The position numbers were made by a program, and so were the translations under genes. DNA of 63,868 nt, the filler included, from Craspedostauros australis (taxonomy: Eukaryota): the NCBI GenBank assembly GCA_030167865.1. It is 21 parts of 21 records of this genome, joined end to end, with 100 filler letters (N's around TTAATTAATTAA, not from the genome) between each part and the next. Parts side by side here need not be neighbours in the genome. Positions count along the whole stretch, not along the records: positions 1 to 6,142 come from JALAGF010002001.1; positions 6,243 to 9,871 come from JALAGF010002004.1; positions 9,972 to 11,235 come from JALAGF010002006.1; positions 11,336 to 15,223 come from JALAGF010002008.1; 17 more parts are not named here. One strand, written 5' to 3'. This document shows, one piece after another, positions 1-11,748 of this stretch. The notes below the pieces were generated by a model. The model made no database searches. It was not told the origin of the DNA and was given only the letters and a program-made list of their open reading frames with translations. Numbering within the stretch: position 1 is the stretch's first letter; each line of letters begins with the position of its first letter.

Positions 1-1402
1 GCCACAAGTGCACCTCCCTCGCCCACAAGGGTGACAACCTCGACCGCTACCTCATGGGCGTCAGTTCATGGTCCTCCTCATGGTGTTCACCATCAACCAG
101 TGCGGTGCCCCGCTCGCCGATGCCGAGGTCTTCGGACTCCCAGACATCATCATCCAGATCTTCCTCGGATCCGGAGCCGCCATGATCCTCATGACCGCNN
201 NNNNNNNNNNNNNNNNNNNNNNNNNNNNNNNNNNNNNNNNNNNNNNNNACTACATCAACAACTTCTTCGCCGTCTTCACCCTCTACGTCGCCCTCGCCAT
301 CGAGTTCTCCGGACTTCTGCATTCGTGCTACCTCGTCCATATGTTCTTCGTGTGGGCCTCCGGCAAGGAAATCGAGTCGAAGGAACCACCACGCGACTGT
401 GCCCAGAACCTCTTCGACTGGGGCCACATCCTCATCTCCCTCGCCATCCTGTGCTACGCCATGGCCGTCACCCTGGTCGCCCTCTTCGATGGAAAGACCA
501 CCATGTGGGCCGGAGTGCCAAACGGAGTCACTTCCATCCTCTTCTTCCTCTTCATGCCCATCGTCGGTATGCTCGAGGGTATGCAGATCGCCTTCTTCGC
601 CGTCGCCAAGCTTCCAAAGGAGGATCGTGGAGACCACCCAATGGCCCGCAAGACCTGCGAGCTCCTCTTCCGCGGTGACGGACGCAACCTTCCAGGATTC
701 ATGATCGGACGGCAGATCTGCGTGACCATGTGCTTCTTCATCATCGCTCATGTCACCACTCTCGATGTCGAGGTCGGAACTGGCGAGAACATCTTCGGAG
801 TCTCCGACAGCACCCAGGAATTCTTCAACACCGGACTTCTCGGAGCCCTGATCACCACCATCATCGCCTCCATCACATGGCAGCTGGTCGCATCCGTCTT
901 CCCCATCGCCTTCCTTTCCAACCCCATCATCTACATCTTCCTTCAGTTCTGTCTGTTGTTGGAAGCCACCGGTATCTGCTCAGGAGCCTGGGTCCTTGCC
1001 TCCGTCCACAAGGCCGTCTCTGGCATCCAGCTCGACGAGGTGTACATCGGTACCCCAGAGGAGCGCGCCGCCGGCATGAAGCCAGACCACAAGAGCAACC
1101 GCAACCTGCACTTCGGAACCAACGTGCTTGTCAACGAGGCCGGTTCTACCGCCGTTCCAAAGGAATACCTCGAGCTCCAGAAGGCTTTGGCCGCACAGAA
1201 TGAGTCGTACTCCGTCCGCCGCGAGCCTATCCTGTCGAACATCAAGAGTCTGCGTGAAGAGATCAACTCATGTAGCAACGACAACGACGCCGCCGTCTTC
1301 GAGTCTGCCCTTCGCATGGAGACTGCCTCCATGAACAAGCTGCATCAGGAGGAGAACGACAGTGTCGCCGAGAGTGACGAGGAGATGGGTGTGCAGAAGT
1401 AA
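1..1402 (+). CDS. SIT: Silicon transporter (SIT), 5'-truncated, 1-nt frameshift near position 58
   Basis: Frame 3 gives HKCTSLAHKGDNLDRYLMG and frame 2 continues RQFMVLLMVF. Second-half motifs GMLEGMQIAFFAV and MIGRQICV, multiple TM helices and a C-terminal coiled-coil-like tail. The N-gap at 199-248 covers the expected CMLD region. Stop TAA at 1400-1402. Confidence 0.95.
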
Positions 1403-1829
1403 GCACGTTGACACTTGGTGCATCGAGGCGCAACCACAGCGCGACGTACCAATACATCAACACACCCACACATGCATCACGCCGCCGATGGTATCTTTGA
1501 GATGCATCGTGAATCGCAGACCATGGCGCCGCTTTCCTCCAACAGACGCAAAGCGCAATCGCATGCCATACACGGAATCCCCCACAACACATCGCAACAT
1601 ATTACAACGCATGGGCTGGACAGAGGTACCATGACCTTGCAACACGAAGCGACGTTGAGCACACAAAAGCATACCATCTTCTCATAGTGCAAAAAGTGTA
1701 GTCCGCTGAACATTAATAGTGACGACTGATTTACATCAGCGATGGATGTGAAGCACTTGACAGCTGCGAAGCGAGATTCCATTGACGGGAGGGTGGTTGG
1801 TTCTTGTCCAATTTACAGCTATGCTCTCA

Positions 1830-4010
1830 TCAAGCAAGAGTGGTCAAGTAGTCGACAACGTCATGGTGGCGCCTTTCTCTCGCAATGTCCAGCGCAGTCA
1901 CGCCATCGTTATCTTTGATGCTGATGTCTGCGTTGCACGATTCCACCAAGTACTTCACGACCTTCAATTCACCATGCCAACTTGCCCGCCAAAGTGGAGT
2001 TCTGCCATACTTGTGTTGAATGTTGATTTCTGCGTTGCAGACTTCCACCAAATACTTCACGACCTCCAATCTGCCATGAATGCTCGCAAGGTGCAGTGCA
2101 GTGCTGCCATAATTGCCGGTTTTGATGTTGATATCGACCTTGTCTTGTTCAACCAACGACTTCACAACGTCGAGATGACCATCGCCACTTGCGCGATGGA
2201 GGATGGTTTCGCCAATCCCGTCTTTCACGTTCAAATCAACATTGGGTGCGGCAACCAGATACTTGACAGTATCGAAGTAATTGTTGTGATATGCCTTGAG
2301 GATTGGAGTCTTACGGTTGTCGTTCTCGGTGTTGATATTGGCCTTGCCGGATTCAACCAGCCACTTCACAACATCGAGATGGCCATTGCCACTTGCGAGA
2401 TGGAGCACGGTGTTGCCATCCTCGTGTCGGGAGTTAGGATCTATGCTTGGTGTTCCGATGAGATACTTGACAGTATCGAAATGATTGTTGTGATATGCCT
2501 TGAAGATTGGAGTCTCGCGGTTGTCGTTCTCAGCGTTGATGTTGGTCTTGCCGGATTCAACCAGTCGCTTCACAACATCGAGATGGCCATTCTGACTTGC
2601 GAGATGGAGGACAGTTTCGCCAATCCTGTCTTTTACGTTCAAATCGACATTTGGTGCTGCGACCAGATACTCGACAACATCGAAGCGGCTGTGGCAGTAT
2701 GCCTTGTAGAGTGGAGTCTCGCACTTACGATTCTCAGCGTTGATGTTGGCTTCGCCTTGTTCAACCAGCCACTTCACAACATCCAGATGTCCATGCGCGC
2801 TTGTAAGATGGAGTGCAGTGTTGCCACCCCTGTTCTCGGCGCTGGCGTCGATGATCACTTTGCCTGAATCCACCAAAGGCTTCACCACATCCAGATGACC
2901 TCCAGCACTTGCGCAGTGAAGGGCAGTGTTGCCCTCGTTGTTCTTGGCGTTGATATCCACCTTCAGGTCGTCTGAGTTCAACAGGTACTCCATCATACCC
3001 AGATGGCCCCCAACACTTGCGCCGTGAAGGGAAGTGTTGCCATTCTCGTCTTTGGCATTGATGTCCCCCTGGCCTGACTCCACCAACCATCTCACAACAT
3101 TCGGATGGCCTTTGGAATATGCAGACTGAAGAGCCGTGCCGCCAGCATCATTCTCAGCATGAACATCTGCCTTGCACGACTTCACCAGGTACTCTGCAAC
3201 ATCCAAATGGCCATTTCTGTAAGCAAAATGAAGTGCAGTATCGCCGTCATTGTTCTGGACGTCGATGGCCACAGTACGAGCCTCCATCACATACTTCAAG
3301 ATATCAAGATGACCCTTCAGACACGCATTGTGGATCGCAGTGTTGCCGAAATCATCTTGAACATTGATGTCCACTCCATGTGATCCAACGAGGTACTCCA
3401 CAACATCCAAGTGTCCATGAAGACACGCGGCATGGAGGGTATTCTCACCCTTCTCATCTTGCACGAGAGCGCTTGCAGAATATGACTCGATCAGAGTCTT
3501 CACGATGGCCACATGCCCCTCGGTGCACGCGTCGTGGAGTGCCACCTTGCCGGAGTTATCCTGGAGGTTGGCATCTGCAGTATGCGACCCGGCCAGGTAT
3601 TCCACGACATCAAGGTTGCCCTGTGCGCATGCATAGTGTAGCGCAGTCTCTCCATCCATGGATGGGGCATTGATGTCCGCTCCGCATGACTCCACCAACT
3701 GTTGGATCGTTGCAAGCTGGCCGTTGGAGCATGCGAGGTGGAGTGAAGTCTTGTCGCGGTCATCCTTGATCGTGTCGATGGAGGTTTGTGGAAATGCCGC
3801 CTTCCACGCGGTGAGGGTGTCCACATCTCCTCGTTCTGCGGCGCACAGGAGATCCTGGTCGGTGATGGTCGGGCTGGATGCATCATCAGGGGTCGACTTG
3901 GGCGAAAGGAGAGATGAACATGTTGCGGTTTGTGTTGACGAAGACTGGAGGTTGCGGATGCGTGTTGCAGAAGTAAGCTTGACCAAAAGTCGTGGAAGGA
4001 TGACGGCCAT
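1830..4010 (-). CDS. Ankyrin-repeat protein (~19 repeats)
   Basis: Repeated G.T(A/P)LH.A...GHLDVV.YLVE...DIN units. ORF is open to 4214; ATG at 4010 is the likely start. Confidence 0.92.
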   Translation of the reverse strand: MAVILPRLLVKLTSATRIRNLQSSSTQTATCSSLLSPKSTPDDASSPTITDQDLLCAAERGDVDTLTAWKAAFPQTSIDTIKDDRDKTSLHLACSNGQLATIQQLVESCGADINAPSMDGETALHYACAQGNLDVVEYLAGSHTADANLQDNSGKVALHDACTEGHVAIVKTLIESYSASALVQDEKGENTLHAACLHGHLDVVEYLVGSHGVDINVQDDFGNTAIHNACLKGHLDILKYVMEARTVAIDVQNNDGDTALHFAYRNGHLDVAEYLVKSCKADVHAENDAGGTALQSAYSKGHPNVVRWLVESGQGDINAKDENGNTSLHGASVGGHLGMMEYLLNSDDLKVDINAKNNEGNTALHCASAGGHLDVVKPLVDSGKVIIDASAENRGGNTALHLTSAHGHLDVVKWLVEQGEANINAENRKCETPLYKAYCHSRFDVVEYLVAAPNVDLNVKDRIGETVLHLASQNGHLDVVKRLVESGKTNINAENDNRETPIFKAYHNNHFDTVKYLIGTPSIDPNSRHEDGNTVLHLASGNGHLDVVKWLVESGKANINTENDNRKTPILKAYHNNYFDTVKYLVAAPNVDLNVKDGIGETILHRASGDGHLDVVKSLVEQDKVDINIKTGNYGSTALHLASIHGRLEVVKYLVEVCNAEINIQHKYGRTPLWRASWHGELKVVKYLVESCNADISIKDNDGVTALDIARERRHHDVVDYLTTLA

Positions 4011-5303
4011 GATGGAGCTGTGTTTCGAGATGGGATGGCTCGTTGCTCGGATCAGCTCAATGCGATTGTTTTTCTCGATGTGATTTGGATGCTTGCTTGG
4101 GTGATCGTAGTCCCTTGATCTCGTCTCTATCTGCTTTTTTATGAGGCTGGTGGTCTGTTTCATGATCGTTGGTGGTGGTGTCCCTTGTTCTGTTTCACGC
4201 GGCGTGCATGGCATTGCGTTGCTTGCTGTTTCACGATGATTGTCATTTCACATTGTTGCCGTGATACCACTCTGTGATTGTCCCATCAACTTTGGCATCA
4301 ACGTGAACATCAGCTTGGACATAGTCCTGAACGTGAACGTGATATTGGCCGTGATCGTGAGCGTGAACTTGAACATACTCTTGAACGTGATCGTGGCCAG
4401 CCACAGAAGGAGAAAGTTGATCGTGGGCGAAGGTGTCGGAAATCATCATTGTCCCAACATCCTTGGAACGTGGAGACGATCGAGGATCCTGCGAGCGTGG
4501 TATGACTATGTTGCAAAGAATGGGAGTCAACACGAGCGGGGAGAAACCGCTGGTGTTCCGTGTTGGAACGTGCCCGCCCTGTGGCGCCGAAATTGGCCAC
4601 GGCCATCTTCGCCACTGCTGCTGTTGTTGTTGTTGTTCTCATCTGTTTTCCAGAAACGAACGATGGATCGGTTGCGTCCTCATAATAGTGCCATGGCGAC
4701 TGATGTCCCTCCTGAATGTAATTCTCTGCGTTTACCTGGACGAGAGGAAGAACACGGCGGAACTGCTCGTGCCGTGGGATCTCCGGGTGCTGATGCTAAT
4801 ACTTCGAATCTCTCTACTCGGAGGTCGATACTTCTGCTGGTAACACTTCTGTTGGTAACACTTCTACTCGTATGCACATCATCATCATTGTGTTTGTTGC
4901 AGCGTCGTCAGTTCCGTGGCTGGTGGTGCAATGGGGCATCCATGATCGTCATACGACTACGAGTGCTCATCTCACATCACGCTTTTCCTCACTCTCCGTG
5001 TCATTCTTGTTCTCGGAATGAAGTTGTGGGTGGACGTTCATTCACGAATCCATTGCTTTCTTCGACGTTGAGTCACGCGATGCACTCAATCAACGTCCAC
5101 CCAACGGTCGCTGCGAATCTCGTTGCCACCACCATTGCCACCATTGCCATCACTGCAGTCATAGCACAATACCAGTCAGTGCCGAGGCTGGTGCCAATCA
5201 AAGGCACTCGCAAGAGGAAGCGGTATCGCACCATACCATACCACACCATACGTACTTCATCTTGATCGCAGCGGTGTGCGCACTGCATTGGCTCAACAAC
5301 ACA

Positions 5304-6142
5304 ATGGCAGATGGCAGCCCACTGCACAAACACGATGGATCGTTCGCGCGAAAGATGATGGCCGGCATTTTGGTGTGCTTCATACTTCTGCAAGCCAAGG
5401 GTCTGTACGATGTATCGAATCATCCCTGGTTTCTGGACTCTTCAATTCCACTGGACGGTGCCGACTATGCCACTCCCATCGATCTGGTTCCTCCTCGTCG
5501 GGATGCACACACGGATGGTTGGAACGACATGGCGACCACCGCATCCACTGAGTCATTGGTGCAGTCATTGACTCAGGTGCCAACGGCAACACCAGCGAAT
5601 ACCAGACTACGAGTGGATGGTACACTGCAATCCCCTCATGCTCATCGCATTCAACAGAAGATGCCGCAACTCGTCCTCCACGTTGGACCGTCGAAGACAG
5701 CGACATCCACCATGCAAGCCAACATGCAAGAGCTCAAGCAGAAAGGGGTTTTCGAGCAGGACAACTACGTCTACTGGGGGCGGGAATCTTTTGATGGAAG
5801 ATATGGGGGGATCGAACTCAACTCCATTGGTGAGTTATGGAACGTCACCTGCATGCACAAGGAGTACGCAGACTATCTCCAACGGAAACGGCATTCTGCC
5901 GAAGCCAGGAACGCCAACAATTTGACGATTTCGTCCACTGAATTCGATTCAGCGGCGTCTTTGCCCACGCATGCTGTTCCGGCTTGCATACGGAACGTCA
6001 AGAACCTTCTGGATTCATTGAGGCAGGATGGTATGTCCTTGATTGTGAGCGATGAATTGTATTCCTGGAGAACACGATTTCGAAACAGGGGGATCTATCA
6101 CAAGCCCATGTTCTTTGATCACCTCCAGGACTTGCTACAGGG
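5304..6142 (+). CDS. Type II membrane protein with a sulfotransferase-like P-loop motif, 3'-truncated
   Basis: N-terminal hydrophobic anchor MMAGILVCFILL, motif LVLHVGPSKTATSTMQ and LIVSDE; runs into the linker. Confidence 0.6.
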
Positions 6143-6242
6143 NNNNNNNNNNNNNNNNNNNNNNNNNNNNNNNNNNNNNNNNNNNNTTAATTAATTAANN
6201 NNNNNNNNNNNNNNNNNNNNNNNNNNNNNNNNNNNNNNNNNN
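6143..6242. other. Artificial scaffold linker (first of 20)
   Basis: 44 N + TTAATTAATTAA + 44 N. The others start at 9872, 11236, 15224, 16495, 26610, 28101, 30818, 33469, 34811, 36253, 40045, 42116, 44013, 45818, 47096, 48374, 54114, 59911 and 62526. Confidence 0.98.
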
Positions 6243-6418
6243 CTTACTCGCACGGATGATGTGCTTGCTATTCTCCGCTGGTCGAATGTAAATAGAGCGA
6301 TAGCACTGGTATTCAAGCACATGGTGTTTCAGCTGTCGACAGGTGGTGTGGAGATGTTGGTGCACCGGTTCTCTATGAAAGTGTCAACACAGCTGAGTTT
6401 CCTCGAACGATGTGGCGT

Positions 6419-7951
6419 TTACTCCGAAGGACTCTGCGCCGTGCTCGATGATGTCTTGTTCAACCTATGCCCGTTTGGTGTGAAACACTCATAATCTTTA
6501 GAGAAGGATCCGTTTGACGTTCCGTATTGCCCTGTGCCAACCACGGAGAACATGACTTTAATCCTTCGATATGTCTTGCAATCCCCTCCCAGCTTGCCAT
6601 CGCATCCGCTCCTGATGTACCTTCCCAAAGCTTCTCCCATGTCTTCTTTTCTGTCTATGATTTCCTGTATCAGATTTGGGCAATCGCGCGCGTCATCGAT
6701 ACAGAACACAATTCGAACAGGGTCAGGTTTTGCTCGAGATCCATCACTTGCTCTGGGCTCCATCCAGTCATTCATCGCTTTCATGATGACACGGAGGGCC
6801 ATCGGATTTTCTTCGATGGCTTTATCCAAAAGAGCCTTGAGCTTTTCTTCACATTCTTCTGATTGTTGCCGTGAGTTAACATCCGAAGATATGTCCTTGT
6901 CTGCCGTAGTGACGATGCTGATGACGCACCATCGCAAAAATGCATTCGCAGCAAGTTCAGTTGTCCTACCGCTCCCGCTTCCACTTGTGTAGACGAAGAC
7001 TTGGTTGTCGATGTACTCCAAACTCTGTCTGTGGAGGACGACTTCGTGCGACTGCCAACCATCACTTCCATCGTGATGAAACTTCGGATTGCCCATGAAG
7101 AATGACGGACAGCGATAGTCGCGGTCATGCGCGACCGTGTCGACATGTGAAATCTGAAAGGCACTGAGTTCATTCAGGATGAACTTACGGAGCGTCTGTT
7201 CGTCATGCCATGCCATGCGCAGCTCCTTGATATGCCGCCAGACATAGTCCGCGTTGATGTACCATGAGTCGATACATGGCCGTTGGAAGAGTGTCTTGTC
7301 GGCGAGCCATCGTCCGAGTGGATTTGTCTCATCGGAAAGCCATGTACGTGCGAAACTCTGCAATTCGGAGGGTGTGGACAAATCATCCTTTACGAGTTTG
7401 ATGATGTTCTTCCTGGTCGCGATCAGCGGGTCCCAAAGTGCGCCCGTGGGCTCTCCCGACTTCAGCACACTCCGATTGAGCATGTCCTTGACATCTTCAT
7501 TGCTGGTATTGCGTTTCCAGAATTTGTATGCTCTGAAGGTGCTCTCATACTCGCTGATATCCGTTGGAATTGTGGGTGCGGCTTGCGCCTCATCTGTTTC
7601 GTCGTTGGTGTCACGAATCTCCGCATCGTTGTCGGGGTTGCCTTTGGTTCCGTCTCCAGTGGCCAGCAACAGGCAAAAGCCGGAACCATGGAACGTTCGG
7701 CGTTGATGCTGTTGCTGTTGCAGTTGTACTTGGTGTTGATTGAGGAGAATGTGATGGTTCGTTGGCGTTGGTGGTGACAAGGGAGATGGTGCGGAAGACA
7801 TCGGAGCGATGGAGCGGGAGGCGAAGGACGGTAACAGCCACGGGTGTGGGGCAATGAATGCCATCACGGGGCTCATCCTGGTCATCGTTCTCGCACGCAT
7901 CGCCATCGCCATTCCCTTTGCTTTCGGGATGAGAGAAGCGAGATGGCTCAT
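6419..7951 (-). CDS. Hypothetical protein with degenerate P-loop NTPase motifs and a presequence-like N-terminus
   Basis: ~510-aa ORF. VYTSGSGSGRTTEL is Walker A-like, RIVFCIDDA is Walker B-like, and the N-terminus is Arg/Ser-rich and acid-free (QRRTFHGS). Confidence 0.6.
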   Translation of the reverse strand: MSHLASLIPKAKGMAMAMRARTMTRMSPVMAFIAPHPWLLPSFASRSIAPMSSAPSPLSPPTPTNHHILLNQHQVQLQQQQHQRRTFHGSGFCLLLATGDGTKGNPDNDAEIRDTNDETDEAQAAPTIPTDISEYESTFRAYKFWKRNTSNEDVKDMLNRSVLKSGEPTGALWDPLIATRKNIIKLVKDDLSTPSELQSFARTWLSDETNPLGRWLADKTLFQRPCIDSWYINADYVWRHIKELRMAWHDEQTLRKFILNELSAFQISHVDTVAHDRDYRCPSFFMGNPKFHHDGSDGWQSHEVVLHRQSLEYIDNQVFVYTSGSGSGRTTELAANAFLRWCVISIVTTADKDISSDVNSRQQSEECEEKLKALLDKAIEENPMALRVIMKAMNDWMEPRASDGSRAKPDPVRIVFCIDDARDCPNLIQEIIDRKEDMGEALGRYIRSGCDGKLGGDCKTYRRIKVMFSVVGTGQYGTSNGSFSKDYECFTPNGHRLNKTSSSTAQSPSE

Positions 7952-8637
7952 GGTGGTGGATCCTTTGCGATCGTGTTCGTATTCGCAATTCTGGGTTGAT
8001 TGGTTGGTTCGTTGGTTGGACACAGGATTATGACAGGATCAATGGCTGAGCCCATTGTTGCTGAATCGGTGGACACAGATGTTCATGATCATACTCGTAC
8101 ATTCTGGTGGCTGCACTCGTGTGTTGTTGACACGATGGAAATAGAGTAACACTCGGGAGATGAAACGATGGTCATCAACCATTCTCAGGTTTTGCTTTGC
8201 CCTCTCTTCGATGTTGGTGCAGTTTCCGGTTTTGTTGGGCATTCGTTTGTGTGCGTTTGTGTTTCGGCGCGTGTGTCAGAAGAATGAGAATCCGTGTCCG
8301 AGTTTTGATGTGTTTGGGACAGAACAACAACACAATTCCATCTTATTGTTTCTGCTCGAAATAAAATACGCAGGAAGGACCCAACACTTGCGTTGAGGAC
8401 ACGCTCAAATCTTCACAAAACAACACGCCAACACCCACAACGTGACAAAATGACACCAACCACACCCAACCACGCTCCCACAATCAACACAAAAACAAGA
8501 ACGTAGGACTACCGACGCCCACCAAACCAAGCTTCCTTGGACGGTGTAAGAGTACCCTCCACGTACGAGCCACTCTCGAAGTAGTCACCCTCATCACCCA
8601 CTGAAGCGACGCACAAGCGGTGGTCTCAGAAGCAATC

Positions 8638-9871
8638 ATGTCCACCCAATCGCAGAAGAAAGGAGGCTTGAAGCCATCATCGCACACGCCATGGATCGAG
8701 AAGTACAGACCGCAGAAGCTAAAGGGAATCGTCGGCAATGAGGAGACCCTGGTGCGGTTGCAGGCGATCGCGGATGACGGGAACGTGCCGAACCTCATTC
8801 TGTCTGGTCCGCCCGGAACTGGAAAGACGACGAGCGTGCATGCATTGGCGCGTGAGCTGCTGGGTGACAGCTACAAGACTGCGGTGCTGGAGCTGAACGC
8901 CTCCGATTCGAGAGGCATTGATGTGGTGCGCAACAACATCAAGTCGTTCGCCATGAACAAGGTCACGTTGCCACCAAGGAGGCACAAGATCGTGATCCTG
9001 GATGAGGCGGACAGCATGACAACTGCAGCGCAGCAGGCGTTGCGACGCACGATGGAGATCTACTCGAATTCGACGCGGTTCTGCTTGGCGTGCAATGTGA
9101 GCACGAAGATCATCGAGGCCATCCAGTCCAGAGCTGCGATTCTGCGGTACTCTCGGCTGGGCCAGGATCAGATCAAGGCCAATCTTCTGCGGGTATGCAA
9201 GGTGGAAGATATCAATTACACTGACGATGGTGAGTAGTTGTCTACTTGTGTGGCATTGTGCATTTTGTGAAGTGGTTTGGTTGAGACTGATGGTGTGTTT
9301 GGGTGTTTCACTTAGCATTGCGTTTGATTGCACTGAGAGCAGCGTTGACTTCATCATCCACGGATTCTCACTCCTCTCTATCGGATGCTTTCCTTCGATG
9401 GCCTTGGATGGGTGGATACCGGAATACATACTCCACAGGACTCGATGCCATCCTCTTCACTGCCGAAGGTGACATGCGGCACGCGCTGAACAACCTGCAG
9501 GCCTCGCATTCGCTGGCGAAGTTCACGAAGGATGGATCAGGGGTTGTGGATCAGAAGACGGTATTCCAGGTCTGCGATCAGCCGCATCCCAACATCGTGC
9601 GCAGCGTGATCGATTTCGCCCACAAAAACGACATAGACAATGCAATTGAGAATCTCCGGATGCTTTACGATCAGGGATATTCATCATCCGATTTGATCGG
9701 GACGTTGTTCAAGGTGACGAAGGCCCACGCGACGATGCCAGAGGGTACCAAGTTGGAGTTCCTGCGCGAGATAGGGTTCACGCACATGCGCATTTCCAAC
9801 GGTGTGGACAGTCTGCTACAGTTGCTGGGGTTGGTGTCGCGGCTGTGTCAGGTGATGGAGAAGGAGCAGAA
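8638..9871 (+). CDS. RFC2: Replication factor C small subunit (human RFC2/yeast Rfc4 type); intron 9230-9438; 3' end cut by linker
   Basis: [42 protein letters not shown]. Splicing GTGAGT...CCACAG restores [18 protein letters not shown]. Confidence 0.95.
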
Positions 9872-10076
9872 NNNNNNNNNNNNNNNNNNNNNNNNNNNNN
9901 NNNNNNNNNNNNNNNTTAATTAATTAANNNNNNNNNNNNNNNNNNNNNNNNNNNNNNNNNNNNNNNNNNNNCATAACACTCTTGGATTGCTCGTTTCAAT
10001 CCATCTATTTTCCTCCCAACTCATGCTGTTGTTGTAGAATCGATGCGGATCGTCATGTGTGCACAAATCATGCACG

Positions 10077-11235
10077 ATGCCACAAAATCGAAATGACGAT
10101 GGCTGCTGGTCAGCAACAGGCAACCACGCAACGTACACAATCAAAGGCTTCAGCGAAACACCTCCACACTTCCATCCCTCCATCGAAGGACTCAACCATT
10201 TCTGGGAAATGCACACCGATTGGCAAGCAAAGTACATGAAGCAGAACCTCCAACGCAACTCCAGAAGCTGTCACAAGCCTTGCAGAAGTTCCTGCAAACT
10301 GGCAAAGGTATGCATTGACTGAGAGCATCTGATGGTGGTTTGATGTTGGCTTTGTGTTGCTCACCACANCCACTCATATCCTCTTTGTGCTTTCAGGGTT
10401 TGGACTCAAGTTTCGTGCCAAGTGTGGCTGAGCATGCCTGAAAATTACAGCGATTTGCCAAAAGAACGTCAAGACACTCTCTGGTACCACCCATCAGGCC
10501 ACAACAACAGCGATGACACGAATGACAAGGATGTTGAACCCAACAACAAAGATGAGGACAATGCCAGCTGTGACAATGAGGAGAAGCTTTCTAATTCACC
10601 AACAGTTGTAAGTGCACCACACTCCAACAGAGCCAGCGGTACGAACGACATCAACAACAGCACTGGCAATAGCTTCTCATTTGCTGGCTCCAAATCGGAC
10701 AGAGCTTCCATGGATCAACTGTCACCCAACTTCATTGACGACAATCTCAGCCTTGCCACTTCACCATTCATCATGCCTCATTGTACCACAGTGCCCAAAA
10801 CCACGAAGTTCACACCAAACACCACACCAAAGAGCACAACGCCTATCTGCAACAACAACAACAACATTAAAGAAGCAATGCGCAGCCTCAACATCAACCA
10901 TGTGAAAGGAAACGAGGAAATCGTGACAACTTCGAGCGCCAACATGGTCAAGCAAGGATCGTTTCAAGAGAATGCGCTGGATCCAGTGTTGGGAGGCATT
11001 CTGATCTGCAACCATCATGGAGTCCACATCTTCTTTGTGCTCGAGCCTCCTGTCAACCCAGAATCTATTTGCTCCTCCAGCAAGGATGACAGGTGGAGCA
11101 TTAAACTGGCATACAAGCTGCCAGTGATTTATTGCTCTGCAAGCAGCATTTATGGGCCATTCACGGATTGTCCTCAATTTCCGTTGGCCTTTGTCAGGGA
11201 CAAGAAGCACTTTGCTCAATAGCACAGTTGCAAGC
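10077..11235 (+). pseudogene. Decayed orphan gene, probably TE-associated, with candidate intron ~10308-10396
   Basis: Two ORF pieces separated by GTATGC...TTTCAG, frames not cleanly restored, strongly CpG-poor. Confidence 0.35.
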
Positions 11236-11335
11236 NNNNNNNNNNNNNNNNNNNNNNNNNNNNNNNNNNNNNNNNNNNNTTAATTAATTAANNNNNNNNN
11301 NNNNNNNNNNNNNNNNNNNNNNNNNNNNNNNNNNN

Positions 11336-11748
11336 ACGTGTCACCCACGGACTAGAACAACTCAGAAAGGGCATCAAACATGACATCAATCATGACACCA
11401 ATCGTAAAGTTTGGTGTCAAGAGATCAAGAGCGAAACGCAAGACTGTGGAATCGTACCGGAGGGAATGTAGAATAAGGATATGCACGACGAGGTGCATGG
11501 CAAGAATGCCTTCGGATATGCATGACGATATGCATGACAAGGATGCCTGCGGACGAGATCTCATGCATGCAAGCGATGATCCATGATGATGATGAGCATG
11601 AATGCAACAGTATAACACGGTGCTGCTGCAAGGGATGCTACATGTGAAACGAAAGGCAAAGGAGCTGGAGAGAATGAGCTCACAGTTCTGAATAGTACGA
11701 TCTAACAACGAATTAGTTCTTACTAACACTAACCCCGGATTTCCAACA
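11336..11748 (+). mobile_element. LTR fragment, family B (3' end)
   Basis: Ends AACCCCGGATTTCCAACA; the same terminus and preceding sequence occur at ~35000-35109. Confidence 0.6.

Noticed and set aside
1782..2867. 361-aa plus-strand ORF
   Set aside because: Antisense shadow of the ankyrin repeats; many other listed ORFs are similar shadows.
4240..5265. 341-aa ORF and RS-like repeats at 4290-4395
   Set aside because: Low-complexity 6-bp-periodic sequence with no recognisable domain in any frame; cannot support a gene call.
6187..6198. Recurring TTAATTAATTAA motif as a biological repeat or piggyBac target
   Set aside because: It is always centred in exactly 44+44 N and gives stops in all six frames, so it is a concatenation linker.
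8260..8272. E2F site in the RFC promoter (TTTCGGCGCG)
   Set aside because: It does not match TTTSSCGC exactly and is a single short motif.
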